64,000 nt of DNA from Zootoca vivipara (lineage: Eukaryota), in NCBI RefSeq assembly GCF_963506605.1, contig NC_083288.1, forward strand, positions 53,692,001 to 53,756,000, read 5' to 3'. The notes beneath the pieces are model-generated. The model saw only the letters and a program-made list of their open reading frames with translations. It ran no database searches and was not told the DNA's origin. Within the stretch, counting starts at the first letter, position 1, and each line of letters begins with the position of its first letter. This document shows positions 48,363 to 60,204 of the stretch, piece after piece. A program made the translations under genes and the position numbers.

Positions 48363-51300
48363 GTTGTTGTTGTTGTTTAGTTGTTTAGTCGTGTCCGACT
48401 CTTCGTGACCCCATGGACCATAGCACGCCAGGCACTCCTGTCTTGCACTGCCTCCCGCAGTTTGGTCAAACTCATGTTCGTAGCTTCGAGAACACTGTCC
48501 AACCATTTCGTCCTCTGTCGTCCCCTTCTCCTAGTGCCCTCCATCTTTCCCAACATCAGGGTCTTTTCCAGGGAGTCTTCTCTTCTCATGAGGCGGCAAA
48601 AGTATTGGAGCCTCAGCTTCAGGATCTGTCCTTCCAGTGAGCACTCAGGGCTGATTTCCTTCAGAATGGATAGATTTGATCTTCTTGCAGTCCATGGGAC
48701 TCTCAAGAGTCTCCTCCAGCACCATAATTCAAAAGCATCAATTCTTCGGCGATCAGCCTTCTTGATGGTCCAGCTCTCACTTCCATACATCACTACTGGG
48801 GAAACCATAGCTTTAACTATACGGACCTTTGTCGGCAAGGTGATGTTTCTGTTTTTTAAGATGCTGTCTAGGTTTGTCATTGCTTTTCTTCCAAGAAGCA
48901 GGCGTCTTTTAATTTCGTGACTGCTGTCACCATCTGCAGTGATCAAGGAGCCCAAGAAAGTAAAATCTCTCACTGCCTCCATTTCTTCCCCTTCTATTTG
49001 CCAGGAGGTGATGGGACCAGTGGCTATGATCTTGGTTTTTTTGATGTTGAGCTTCAGACCATATTTTGCACTCTCCTCTTTCACCCTCATTAAAAGGTTC
49101 TTTAATTCCTCCTCACTTTCTGCCATCAAGGTTGTGTCATCTGCATATCTGAGGTTGTTGATATTTCTTCTGGCAATCTTAATTCTGGCTTGGGATTCAT
49201 CTAGTCCAGCCTTTCGCATGATGAATTCTGCATATAAGTTAAATAAGCAGGGAGACAATATACAACCTTGTCGTACTCCTTTCCCAATTTTGAACCAATC
49301 AGTTGTTCCATATCCAGTTCTAACTGTAGCTTCTTGTCCCCCATAGAGATTTCTCAGGAGACAGATGAGGTGATCAGGCACTCCCATTTCTTTAAGAACT
49401 TGCCATAGTTTGCTGTGGTCGACACAGTCAAAGGCTTTTGCATAGTCAATGAAGCAGAAGTAGACGTTTTTCTGGAACTCTCTAGCTTTCTCCATAATCC
49501 AGCACATGTTTGCTATTTGGTCTCTGGTTCCTCTGCCCCTTCGAAATCCAGCTTGCACTTCTGGGAGTTCTCGGTCCACATACTGCCTAAGCCTGCCTTG
49601 TAGAATTTTAAGCATAACCTTGCTAGCGTGTGAAATGAGCGCAATTGTGCGGTAGTTGGAGCATTCTTTGGCACTGCCCTTCTTTGGAATTGGGATGTAG
49701 ACTGATCTTCTCCAATCCTCTGGCCATTGCTGAGTTTTCCAAACTTGCTGGCATATTGGGTGTAGCACCTTAACAGCATCATCTTTTAAAATTTTAAATA
49801 GTTCAGCTGGAATATCATCACTTCCACTGGCCTTGTTATTAGCAGTGCTTTCTAAGGCCCATTTGACTTCACTCTCCAAGATGTCTGGCTCAAGGTCAGC
49901 AACCACACTACCTGAGGTGTACGAGACCTCCATATCTTTCTGGTATAAAATTCCTCTGTGTATTCTTGCCACCTCTTCTTGATGTCTTCTGCTTTGTTAG
50001 GTCCTTACCACTTTTGTCCTTTATTATGGTAATCTTTGTACGAAATGTTCTTTTCATATCTCCAATTTTCTTGAACAGATCTCTGGTTTTCCCCATTCTA
50101 TTGTTTTCCTCTATTTCTTTCCATTGCTCGTTTAAGAAGGCCCTCTTGTCTCTCCTTGCTATTTTTTTGAAATCTGCATTCAGTTTCCTGTATCTTTCCC
50201 TATCTCCCTTGCATTTTGCTTGCCTCCTCTCCCCCGCTATTTGTAAGGCCTCGTTGGACAGCCATTTTGCTTTCTTGCATTTCCTTTTCCTTGGGATGGT
50301 TTTCGTTGCTGCCTGCTGTATAATGTTACGAGCCTCCCTCCATAGTTCTTCAGGCACTCTGTCCACCAAATCTACCGTAAATCCTTAAACCTGTTCCTCA
50401 CTTCCACTGTGTATTCATAAGGGATTTGATTTAGATTGTATCTTACTGGCCCAGTGGTTTTTCCTACTTTCTTCAGTTTAAGCTGGAATTTTGCTATAAG
50501 AAGCTGATGATCTGAGTTACAGTCAGCTCCAGGTCTTGTTTTTGCTGACTGTATAGAGCGGGGGTCCCCAAACTACGGCCCCCGGGCCGGATGCGGCCCA
50601 ATCGGCCTTCCAATCCGGCCCGCGACGACCCCCGGCGCCCGCTGCCGCCGCCCGCTCTCACGGCGCACGGCGCAGCGACGATCTAAAAAATCGGCAAAAA
50701 ATCGCCAAAAATCCTTTGTGCGCATGCGTATGGGCCTCTCCCGACCCGGAAGAGGTCATTTCTGGTGCACTTCCGGGTCGGGGGAGGCCCATACGCATGC
50801 GCACAAGCGATTTTCGGCGATTTTTTTCCCGCCCGTGTGCGTGTGCGCATGCGCACGGGCGCGCACTCCCCCACCCTCCGGCCCGCTGCACGCGCACTCC
50901 CCTGCCGTCCGGCCCGCCGCACGGTAAGTCTGGGGACCCCTGGTATAGAGCTTCTCCATCTTTGGCTGCAGAGAATATAATCAATCTGATTTCGATGCTG
51001 CCCATTTGGTGATATCCATGTGTAGAGTCGTCTCTTGTGTTGTTGGAAGAGAGTGTTTGTGATGACCAGCTTGTTCTCTTGACAGAACTCTATTAGCCTT
51101 TGTCCTGCTTCATTTTGAACTCCAAGGCCAAACTTGCCAGTTGATCCTTTTATCTCTTGATTCCCTACTTTAGCATTCCAATCCCCTGTAATGAGAAGAA
51201 CATCCTTCTTTGGTGTCATTTCTAGAAGGTCTTGTAAGTCTTCATAGAATTGGTCAATTTCACTTTCTTCAGCACCGGTAGTTGGTGCATAAACTTGGAT

Positions 51301-51989
51301 TACTGTGATGTAAAAAGGTCTGCCTTGGATTCGTATCAAGATCATTCTATCATTCTTGAGATTGCATCCCAGTACAGCTTTTGCCACTCTTTTGTTGACT
51401 ATGAGGGCCACTCCATTTCTTCTACGGGATTCTTGCCCACAGAAGTAGATATGATAGTCATCCGAACTGAATTCGCCCATTCCCTTCCATTTTAGTTCAC
51501 TGATGCCCAGGATGTCAATATTTATTCTTGCCATCTCATTTTTGACCACATCCAGCTTACCATTATCCATGGTTCTTACATTCCAGGTTCCTATGCAATA
51601 TTTTTCTTTACAGCATCGGACTTTCCTTTTGCTTCCAGGCATATCCGCAACTGAGCGACCTTTCGGCTTTGGCCCAGCCGCTTCATCAGCTCTGAATCTA
51701 CTTGTACTTGTCCTCCGCTCTTCCTCAGTAGCATGTTGGACGCCTTCCGACCTGAGGGGCTCATCTTCCAGCGTCATAACTTTTATATGCCTGTTGTCTT
51801 TGTCCATGGAGTTTTCTTGGCAGGGATACTGGAGTGGCTTGCCAGTTCCTTCTCCAGGTGGATCATGTTTAGTCAAAACTCTCCACTATGACCTGTCCAT
51901 CTGGGGTGGCCCTGCATGGCATAGCTCATAGCTTCTCTGAGTTATTCAACTCCTTTGCCACGACAAGGCATTGATCCATGAAGGGGGGA
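48363..51989 (-). mobile_element. Full-length BovB (RTE) LINE with endonuclease and reverse transcriptase, disrupted
   Basis: IGTWNVRTM...GISELKW...QVYAPT...GDWNAKVG...QIDYIL (APE) and FIDYAKAFD...GVRQGCILSP...LRYADD (RT); (CAA)n tail; 10-bp TSD agacgacatt at 48353-48362 and 51990-51999; about 3.2 kb after removing the MITE. Confidence 0.95.
50559..50942. mobile_element. hAT-Charlie-type MITE (384 bp) inside BovB
   Basis: TIR c(g/a)ggggtcccca(a/g)act; perfect 8-bp TSD gtatagag (50551-50558, 50943-50950); CpG-rich with an internal palindrome. Confidence 0.92.
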
Positions 51990-52224
51990 AGACGACATTA
52001 GAGAAAGGGAATTTCAGCCTAGGGATGACAAGCCGGGAGGAAGGAGTAGGAAGTACTCAAACCATAAGTTTCCGGCCTTTGTAACTTATCCCAGCAATAT
52101 CAAAATGAGCTCCAATAAACAAGAGGGGAATACTTGAGAACAACAGAAGCAGACCCCAGAACACTCCAAGCAGCCTTTGGAAGGCACAGCCCATAGAATG
52201 ATTCCTGCTATTCCCTACAGAAGG

Positions 52225-53350
52225 AGGAGACAAGTTGTGTATGTTTAGTCTGGAAAAGAGGAGATTGGGAGCAGATATGCTAGCCGTCATCAAATACCTA
52301 AAGCTTGTTTTCTGCTGCTGAGGGAAGGACCCAAATCAAGGGATTAACATTACAAAAAAGGAGATTCCAATCCAACATTGGGAAGAACTATCTGTTGGTA
52401 AGAGCTTGTCAACTGTGTAATGGACCCCATTGGGAGGCGTGGACTCCACTTCTTTAGAGGCTTTTAAGCAGAGGTTGGATGGCCATCTGTCATGGATGCT
52501 TTAGTTGTGATTCCTGCCTTGCAGAGGGTTGGACTAATTGAGTCCTGGGGTCCCATCCAATTCTCCAATTCTTTTATTATTTGACCCCTTTTGGACTACT
52601 GTGTACGGTTCTTATCACCTCAAATACAATATGGTAGATTTGGAAAAGGTTCAGACAAAGGCAACTAAAACATCAAAGGGATGGAGTGAAAAGTCCCTAT
52701 GAAGAAAGGGACTTTTTAGTTTAGAAAAGGTGAGTAAGAGGCAATATAATAGAAGTCTGTAAGAATCATGCATGGCATGGAGAAAGTGGATAGAGGAAAG
52801 TTATTCTCTATCTCTCTTAATACTTGAACCTGTGGACATCCAAAGAAGCTGAATGTTGGAAAATTTAGGACAGGTAGTATTTTTTTTAAAAAAAACACAG
52901 CACAGAGTTAAACTGTGGAACTCCCTCCCACAGGAGGCTGGGATGGCCACCAACTTGGATGGCTTTAAAAGAGGACAGGACAAATTGATGAGGGAGACAG
53001 TTATCAAAGGCTACTGGCCAAGATGCCTTGGCTCTGCCTCCACATACTGAAGCAGTAACGCTTCTGAATCAAGGAATCAAGTATGGGATGGAGGGTAGAC
53101 CTGGCTTGGCAGCAGGACATGTGAAAGGGATCTAGGCGTCTCATTGGTTTCTCATAAGCTAACTCTAAGCCAGCAATGTGAAGCAGCTGCGTATAAAGCT
53201 AACACAATCTAAGGTGACGTAAGCAGGCACACACAATATCATAACAAGTCCAGACCACAAGAAGCAATAGATCCACTCTGTTCTATGCTTGTTAGGCTGT
53301 GTCTGGTTCTGGGTGCCACATTTAAGAAGGACAAAGTTGAAGGTGACCAG
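52225..53350 (+). mobile_element. Cluster of degenerate CR1 3' fragments
   Basis: tttagtctggaaaagaggaga, aaactgtggaactccctcccaca and gagggttggact motifs. Confidence 0.7.
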
Positions 53351-53362
53351 GATGGAAACAAA

Positions 53363-53605
53363 GACCGTGGCTCAGTCGGTAGAGCATGAGACGCTTCATC
53401 TCAGGGTTATAGGTTCGAGCCCCATGTTGGGCAAAAGATTCCTGCATCGCAAGGGGTGGACTGGATGACCCTCAGGATCATAGCTGTCAAGTTTTCCCTT
53501 TTCTCACGAGGAAGCCTATTCAGCATAAGGGAATTTCCCTTTAAAAAGGGGAGAACTTGACAGCTATGCTCAGGATCCCTTCCACCCTATGAATTTATGA
53601 TTCTA
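53363..53605 (+). mobile_element. tRNA-head/CR1-tail SINE containing copy 3 of the 90-bp hAT MITE (53479-53568)
   Basis: gtggctcagtcggtagagcatgagac...ggttcgagcccc head; MITE with 8-bp TSD ctcaggat. Confidence 0.8.
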
Positions 53606-54054
53606 CAAGGATTGACTGAAAGAACTGGGTTGGCCCCTGGCAAAAGGAAGGTGAAAGGGACTCATAGTGACGGCAGTCTCCTAATGCTTACAGGGCTGCC
53701 ATAGAAAAGATGGCACAGACTCGTGTATTCTGCCATTCCAGAAGGCAGGACTAGCAACAGCGGGTGAAATCGGCAGGGAAATGGCAGATTCTGGCTGAGC
53801 AAGAGGAGGACCTTCCCAATGGTATGAGCTGCTTGGCAGGGGAAATTTAAGTGCCTCAGGTGGTGATGGTGGGCTCCCAGTCACTGGAGGGATGTTAAGC
53901 AAAGAATGGGCTTCCCGCCACCTGTCAGGGACAAGCAACAGCTGCAGGACTCATGCATGGCAGGTCTCCCGCTGGTAGGGTTTCACTAGATGACCTCGTA
54001 GATCTCTTCCAATCCTAAAAATTGATCATTCCAATTGCCAAGCTAAAATAAGCT

Positions 54055-54260
54055 TTGTTGTTGTTGTTTAGTCGTTTAGTTGTGTCCGACTCTTCGTGAC
54101 CCCATGGACCGGAGCACGCCAGGCACTCCTGTCTTCCACTGCCTCCCGCATTTTGGTCAAACTCATGTTCGTAGCTTCAAGAACACTGTCCAAGGCAGAC
54201 CTTTTAACATCACAGTAATCCAAGTTTATGCACCAACTACCGGTGCTGAAGAAAGTGAAA
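54055..54260. mobile_element. Short BovB insertion with an inverted 5' piece
   Basis: Minus-strand BovB 3' end (54055 to about 54192) fused to a plus-strand endonuclease fragment QGRPFNITVIQVYAPTTGAEESEI; 11-bp TSD taaaataagct. Confidence 0.85.
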
Positions 54261-57250
54261 TAAAATAAGCTATGGGCATTTTAATATCCGGTACAATCAG
54301 TGAGAGAACAGAAGTAAAAGTTCATAGGAAAGCTGATGAAGAAAAGATGTGCCGGACACCTGCTACTGTTTAAAGTGTGTGAGGGGAAAACTGAACACTC
54401 TGGTCATATCCTGTGGAGACCAAATGTGGAAATCCGTGGCCTTGTCTGACTGTTTCTAAGAATGTGTCTCCAGGCGCAACCGGCTCCTGCTTGAGCTCTC
54501 GCTCTGCTTGAGCTCTGTCTCTTGCCACCCTGGCCTCTTTCCAGAGGAAGTGCCAGGTACAAATCCAATAATTAAAGACCTCGTTAAGAACAAGCACAGG
54601 CCCCACTCCTTTCCCAGAGAAAACCCACTCTTTAGCTCTAAATCGGAACAGGCAGCAATCTGTGAAAAACCTGAATTTATACCTTGCGGGCACCCCAGGC
54701 TGACAGGAGCCTCACTGGCTTCTGATCCCAATCCTGGATGTCTCGTTTTGGCTCCCGCTCTCTAGCTACACCAAGGAACACTTATCTTGACCCACATGTC
54801 GCCACTCGAGGCATATTTGTGGCGCTGGTGGAGGAGGCTTTGCAGGCCGGCACGGCTTCTTCCAAGACAGAGGAGGAGGAGACCCGTGGCAAAGGCACAG
54901 GAGGGGGAGCAGGTAGGAAGCAGTAAGTGAGTGACCAGGCGAGGGAGGGAGGGGTGGGCAGCAGCCAATTTCCATTTTATTCTTGCATTTGTACCCTGTC
55001 TTTCCTCCAAGGAGCTCAAGGTGATGTCCCCACGTCTCCCTCCTTTCCATTTGGCCTTACAGCCACACTCTGACGTAGGTTAGGCTGTGAGGGAATGTGA
55101 CTGGCCCAAGATCGCCCAGTGGGCTACAAGGCTGAATGGGGATTTGAACCCTGGTCTCTCCCAGGCCCTAGCCCAGCTTCCTGACCACCACCACCACCAC
55201 TGCTGGCTGAGAGGTCCTGGGCCTTCAGCCTCCTGAAGCCATTCTTTCTGCCTCAATGTCAAATACGTGGAGGATAAAACTAGGTGTGACTTGTGACAAC
55301 ACCCAATCTGGGTCCTGTCAGTTGCCTATAAAGGCAGGGGAGGGAGGCACAGAAGGTGCAATGTGAGTCCCCTTGCCACCCGTGTCTTTTATCACCTGAA
55401 ACCACCTTTAAATAAACAAACGAAGCTCTTGTTCTTTCCTGTGGTTACTCCAGGACTTGGAAGGCCCACCAGGTGAAAATTGGCATGTACGGAACCAAAG
55501 GACGGTGGCTGTGGGTGGGTGGACTCAGGTAGGGAGAAACTTAGTTTCAGGGCTGTCTCAAGCAGGTCGGGCGCCCTGGTGCTGAGGCGCAGATATCGCT
55601 CCAGCGCCCTCGCAGCACGCAGCATGGCTTCCGCACGGCTTTGCCGCTCAGCACCCCCCTGCCGGCCCGGCGCCCTGGCGCCCTGTGCCACCAGGACTAC
55701 ACCTAGAGCTTGGCCTGCTTAGTTTCCACCCACCCACTCTCATTGCACTGCCCACAAATTTGGCCCACAAAGACCCCCCCCACACACAATTTCTGCCAGG
55801 ATTCAGGGCTTGCCCACACTTGTCCCATGACTACAAAGCACGGGTCCGAGAGGTTTTCTGCTTGTTTCATGTTTTCTAGGAACAAGTCCTAGCAGTTTTC
55901 CATTTCCTTCTCCTTACTGCTGAATTGGTGCAAACGTCCATCTGAGGAAAACCCGATGGACGTTTTTTTCCAACTGAGCGGTAAAGAGCAAGTTGTCCCG
56001 GGGGTGGGGTGGGGTGGGGAGTGGTGGGAAACGCGGAAGTGTGGACGATCCCTCAGCCGTGCACCAGCAAATCAAGTTTGCGCATTTACAGTTCATCCTG
56101 TGCAGAAAACCCTCTTCCCTCTTCCCCAGCAGATGGGAATCTTTGCAATAAGGAAAGTGGCAGGGAACAAATTAGAGATCAAAGTGACAAAACATTATCT
56201 GAGGATTGGAAACCTTTTGTAGAATATCTAAAGAACTATTATAAATTGCATGGAAACACGGGCAGGATTTGAAATATGAGCAACAGTGGAAATACATTAA
56301 GGCTAATAATTTGGGATGTATAAATGGTTATAAGTTAAAATATGCAGCATTAAAGGATAAACATTGAACATCATGGAGGGGGGGTGGGAAGTCAACTGAT
56401 AAATTAAACGTATTGTTGATGGTAAACTTTTGAAAACTAAATAAACATTTATTTATTTTTTAGAAAAAGGAAAAAGAAAGTGGCAGGTAAATGCCCTGGA
56501 AAGTGTGGGGTGATAACGCTTGTTTTATAATCGTTAGAAAGCCAAACTCTTCTAATCTCCCTGCAAACAATTCAGGGGAAATGCTACATAATAAACCCAT
56601 TGGCAGAAAGCTGCCTGGAACCCAAACGGAGCCATCAAATGAAGCTGAGAAGCGAGAGAGAGAGAGAAAAGAAAGTCCTTCTCCACACAGCACATAGTTA
56701 AACCATGGGACTCCTTCCCACAAGAGGTAGTGACAGCCACCAAGGATTGGACAATATCATGGCTTTCCTTCGCTAATAGTCATAATGGTCGTGTATGAGG
56801 ATCAGAGGGGGTCTGCCGCAGGAGACTCACATCAGGAGAGGGCTGCTGCCCTGGCTTGTGGGCTTCTCACTGGGGCATCTAGTCAGCCACTGTGGGGAAT
56901 GGACTAGAGAGAACTCTGGTCTGATCCAAGAGCAATCTGGATCCCCTGATGTTCCTTGTCTGACGGAGGTTAAGTTTCTCTGTGAGGAGGGAATGGGGCT
57001 CTGCACATGCTCTGGGAAAGTCTCTTTAATAAAAATAATTTAGGTATTTTGTGGATGAGCAACAGCTTCTGGGCTTGGGCTGCAAGGAGCCTTGGCATGC
57101 GTTGAGCCCTGGCAAGGGGGCTGGCGACTCTCCTGTGGCTCCACCCCTTCCCCAAACGCCCCCACCACACAGCTGGTTGCCCAAGCAGCAGAGTTCCCAC
57201 CCCACCCCACCCACCGCGTCCAGAAGGCTCCTGGGTTCCCAAATACTTAC

Positions 57251-57311
57251 CCTCTGTGGAGGCCATAATGAGCCCCGTCCAGAGGCAGAGAGCAAAGAGG
57301 CTCACCCCCAT
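57251..57311 (-). CDS. Mucin exon 1: signal peptide MGVSLFALCLWTGLIMASTE (alternative in-frame ATG at 57332)
   Basis: Hydrophobic signal-like peptide followed by G|GTAAGT, phase 1, compatible with the PTS exon. Confidence 0.75.
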
Positions 57312-58096
57312 CCTCCAGTCATTGGGTCTCATGGGTTGAGGCACCAGTGGCCACTGGCAAAGGTGAGGGGGGCAGCAGGTGCCAGAGGGTTTCCCAGGCA
57401 GAGGTCAAGGAGTGCACCTTCCTCCGATCAGCACCAAAGCTGGATTGAAGCTCAAGACTCCAGAGAGAGATTTCTAGCGGGGAGGGGAGGAGGAGGAGGA
57501 GAAAGAGGAAGAGGAGGAGGAGGCTGGCCACACCATCCTTCAAGATTCTTCTGATAAGGTCAGGGATGTGTCGCCTTCAGGGAGAGGCATCCAGCAGGAG
57601 GTGTCTCATGGAGGAACCACTCTGGGAAGTGGTGGGTGAGTTGGGCATGGGTGGGATTTGACCCACTGGCAGGGAAAGGGCCCTGGTAAGGAGGGAGGGC
57701 AGTCCTTCTTGGCAGGTATGTTCCGAGTGTGGTGCTCAGCCCGCCCAGTGTAAATAGCGACTTTGACAAAGGACCTTGGGCAAATATTTGCAGGGGGAAA
57801 GCTGTGAGCCAGGCCGGGCCCCTCCCTAGAGCCGGTAAGGAAGGGATTGAATGAGGGAAAGGCAAAAAGAGCACTGCGGAGGGAGAGGGGAGTTGATAGA
57901 GCCATAGAACTATAGATCTAGTGCAACACACAAATCTCAGCTGAAGCATCCCTGCTGAATGGCCATCCAACCTCTGCTTAAAAGCCTCCAGGGAAGGAGA
58001 GTCTGCCACATTCCAGGGGAGTCCATTCCACTGTCAAACAGCATGGAATCATAGGTTGGAAGGAATCCCAAGGGAGTCATCTAGTCAACCCCCCCT

Positions 58097-58625
58097 TGAA
58101 ATATACTCAGATTCCTGTAGTGACTTCATGCTCTTTACTGCAGCTTATAAAACAGTGAATGAAATGCCCCCCATACCTCAGGCTTTTATATACATTATTT
58201 ACACAATGAGTCCCGTCTGATTGGCTGATTCTGCTTCCCTCTTGGAGCCTGATTGGTCTTCTCCTGCAAGCCAATCAGTTGTTGCATTCTAGGATCCTAC
58301 TTGCCTATTGTTCTAGGATCCAAGCCTAGTACAGTGGTGCCTCGCAAGACGAATTTAATTCGTTCCGCGAGCCAATTCGTTTTGCGAAAAATTCGTATTG
58401 CAAATCGCGGTTTCCCATAGGAATGCATTGAAATTTCTTTTTTTGCCCACAGGAACACATTAATTAAAATTCAATGCATTCCTATGGGAAACCGCAATTT
58501 GCAAGATGAATTTTTCGCAAGACGAATTCGTCTTGCGAGTCAGCATCAGATCGCAAGACACATTCGTCTTGCGAAAAATTCGTCTTGCAGGGCATTCGTC
58601 TTGCGAGCTACCACGGTACATAACA
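58097..58625. mobile_element. Solo LTR-like element inserted in a CR1-tail sequence
   Basis: TG...CA termini (tgaaatatact...agtacataaca after MITE removal); 5-bp TSD cccct. Confidence 0.65.
58332..58616. mobile_element. Tigger/pogo-like MITE nested in the LTR
   Basis: TA TSDs; TIR cagtggtgcctcgcaagacgaat / attcgtcttgcgagctaccacgg. Confidence 0.85.
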
Positions 58626-59108
58626 CCCCTGCAATGCAGGAATCACAGCTCAACACCCAGGGTGGTATTTCCATCCCCCACCCCAATATGCTGTAATGTG
58701 GAATGCATGAAATTCTTCATAATACCTCCCCAGTATTTTTTATACTTTTGATCAATTTTGATAACTCTCAGTGCCTTTTTCAGGGGTACTGAAGGGTACG
58801 CACCTCTTTTTGTTAAAAAGTGTGGCACTTATTGTAACAACTTCATGCTGAGTACCAGCACCCATTTTTCCAGAAAAAAAAGCACTGATCACCTTGATAA
58901 TCTTTTTAACAAGTCTGATGAATTTTGAGAACTTTTAAACACCTTTTAATGTACTAATGCTGTACCAGGGCCAAAGAAGGAGGGGTAGTTTGGTGGGAGA
59001 GTTTTGAGATCACATTTAGATTTTATGATAATCCTAACCGCTGTAAACTTTACTGCTAAGGGTTTAAAATTCAAATTGCCCAAGGTGGCAAATATTACAG
59101 CAAAAAAA

Positions 59109-59119
59109 GTGTGTGTGTA

Positions 59120-59180
<61 letters not shown>
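59109..59180. repeat. Compound (TG)n(AG)n microsatellite
   Basis: Directly visible. Confidence 0.95.
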
Positions 59181-59186
<6 letters not shown>

Positions 59187-59409
59187 AGAGGACATATTCT
59201 AGAAGCAAAATGAAAATGACAGAGGAAAGGTGGTTCTGAGTTGTGCTGATGCAATGGACAGAAAAATCGAGCAATGAATTTTGGGTGAGCCACTTTGGCC
59301 TCCCTGGCTTCAGGAGGTTGAGGATACCTGGCCTTCCATCTCAGACCAGTCTGATCCTTGCTGCAGCTCTAATGCTCCTTTGGTTTTGGGGGGACAGGGG
59401 GCGGGTGTG

Positions 59410-60158
59410 TGGGTGGGGGCATTCCCTGGTCCTGAATGGGGTAACTGTGCCCCTGAAGGACCAGGTGTGTAAACTGGGAGTAATTTTGGACTCACCGCTG
59501 TCCATGGAGGTGCAGGTTAATTCTGTGTCCAAGGCTGCTGTCTACCAGCTCCATCTGGTATGCAAGTGGGACCATCCCTGCCCGCGGACTGTCTCGGCTC
59601 TGGTTATCCCCTGCTTGGACTACTGCAATGCGCTCTACGTGGAGCTACCTTTGAAGGTGACCTGCAAACTGCAATTAATCCAGCATGCGGCAGCTAGACT
59701 GGTGACTGGGAGCAGCCACCAAGACCACATAACACCGGTCCTGAGAGATCTGCATTGGCTCCCAGTAGGTTTCCAAGCACAATTCAAAGTGTTGGTGCTG
59801 ACCTTGAAAGCCCTAAACGGCCTGGTCCTGTATACCTGAAGGAGCGTCTCCACCCCCATCGTTCAGCCCGGACACTGAGGTCCAGCACCGAGGGCCTTCT
59901 GGCAGTTCCCTCATTGCAAGAAGTGAAGTTACAGGGAACCAGACAGAGGGTCTTCTTAATAGTGGCGCCCGCCCCAGGGAACGCCCTCCCATCAGATGTC
60001 AAGGAAATAAGCAGCTATCCTATTTTTAAAAGACATCTGAAGGCAGCCCTGTTTCGGGAAGTTTTTAATATCTAATGCTGTATTGTTTTTAACACTCGAT
60101 TGGGAGCTGCCCAGAGTGGCTGGGGAAACTCAGCCAGATGGGCGGGATATAAATAATA

Positions 60159-60203
<45 letters not shown>
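59410..60203 (+). mobile_element. L2-type LINE 3' end with (ATT)n tail
   Basis: LGVILDSPLSM...LDYCNALY...LQLIQHAAARLVTG...HITPVLRDLHWLP...FKRHLKAALF; aataaa-like motif and ATT microsatellite. Confidence 0.85.

Positions 60204-60204
<1 letters not shown>

Noticed and set aside
48377-51876. RT and endonuclease ORFs as a novel host or defence system
   Set aside because: An ordinary BovB retrotransposon with tail, TSD, frameshifts and a MITE disruption.
53363-53435. tRNA-Lys-like gene (also 11775-11845)
   Set aside because: Degenerate stems fused to a CR1-type tail indicate SINE heads.
54780-54860. Exon-like segment (pyrimidine tract, EAVPACKASSTSATNM...) in mucin intron 1
   Set aside because: The donor position reads ATAAGT rather than GTAAGT and an in-frame TAA follows; at best a decayed exon.
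55392-55691. CpG-rich 99-aa ORF (AMLRAARALERYLRLS...)
   Set aside because: No recognisable domain, a non-ATG start and no supportable splice structure.
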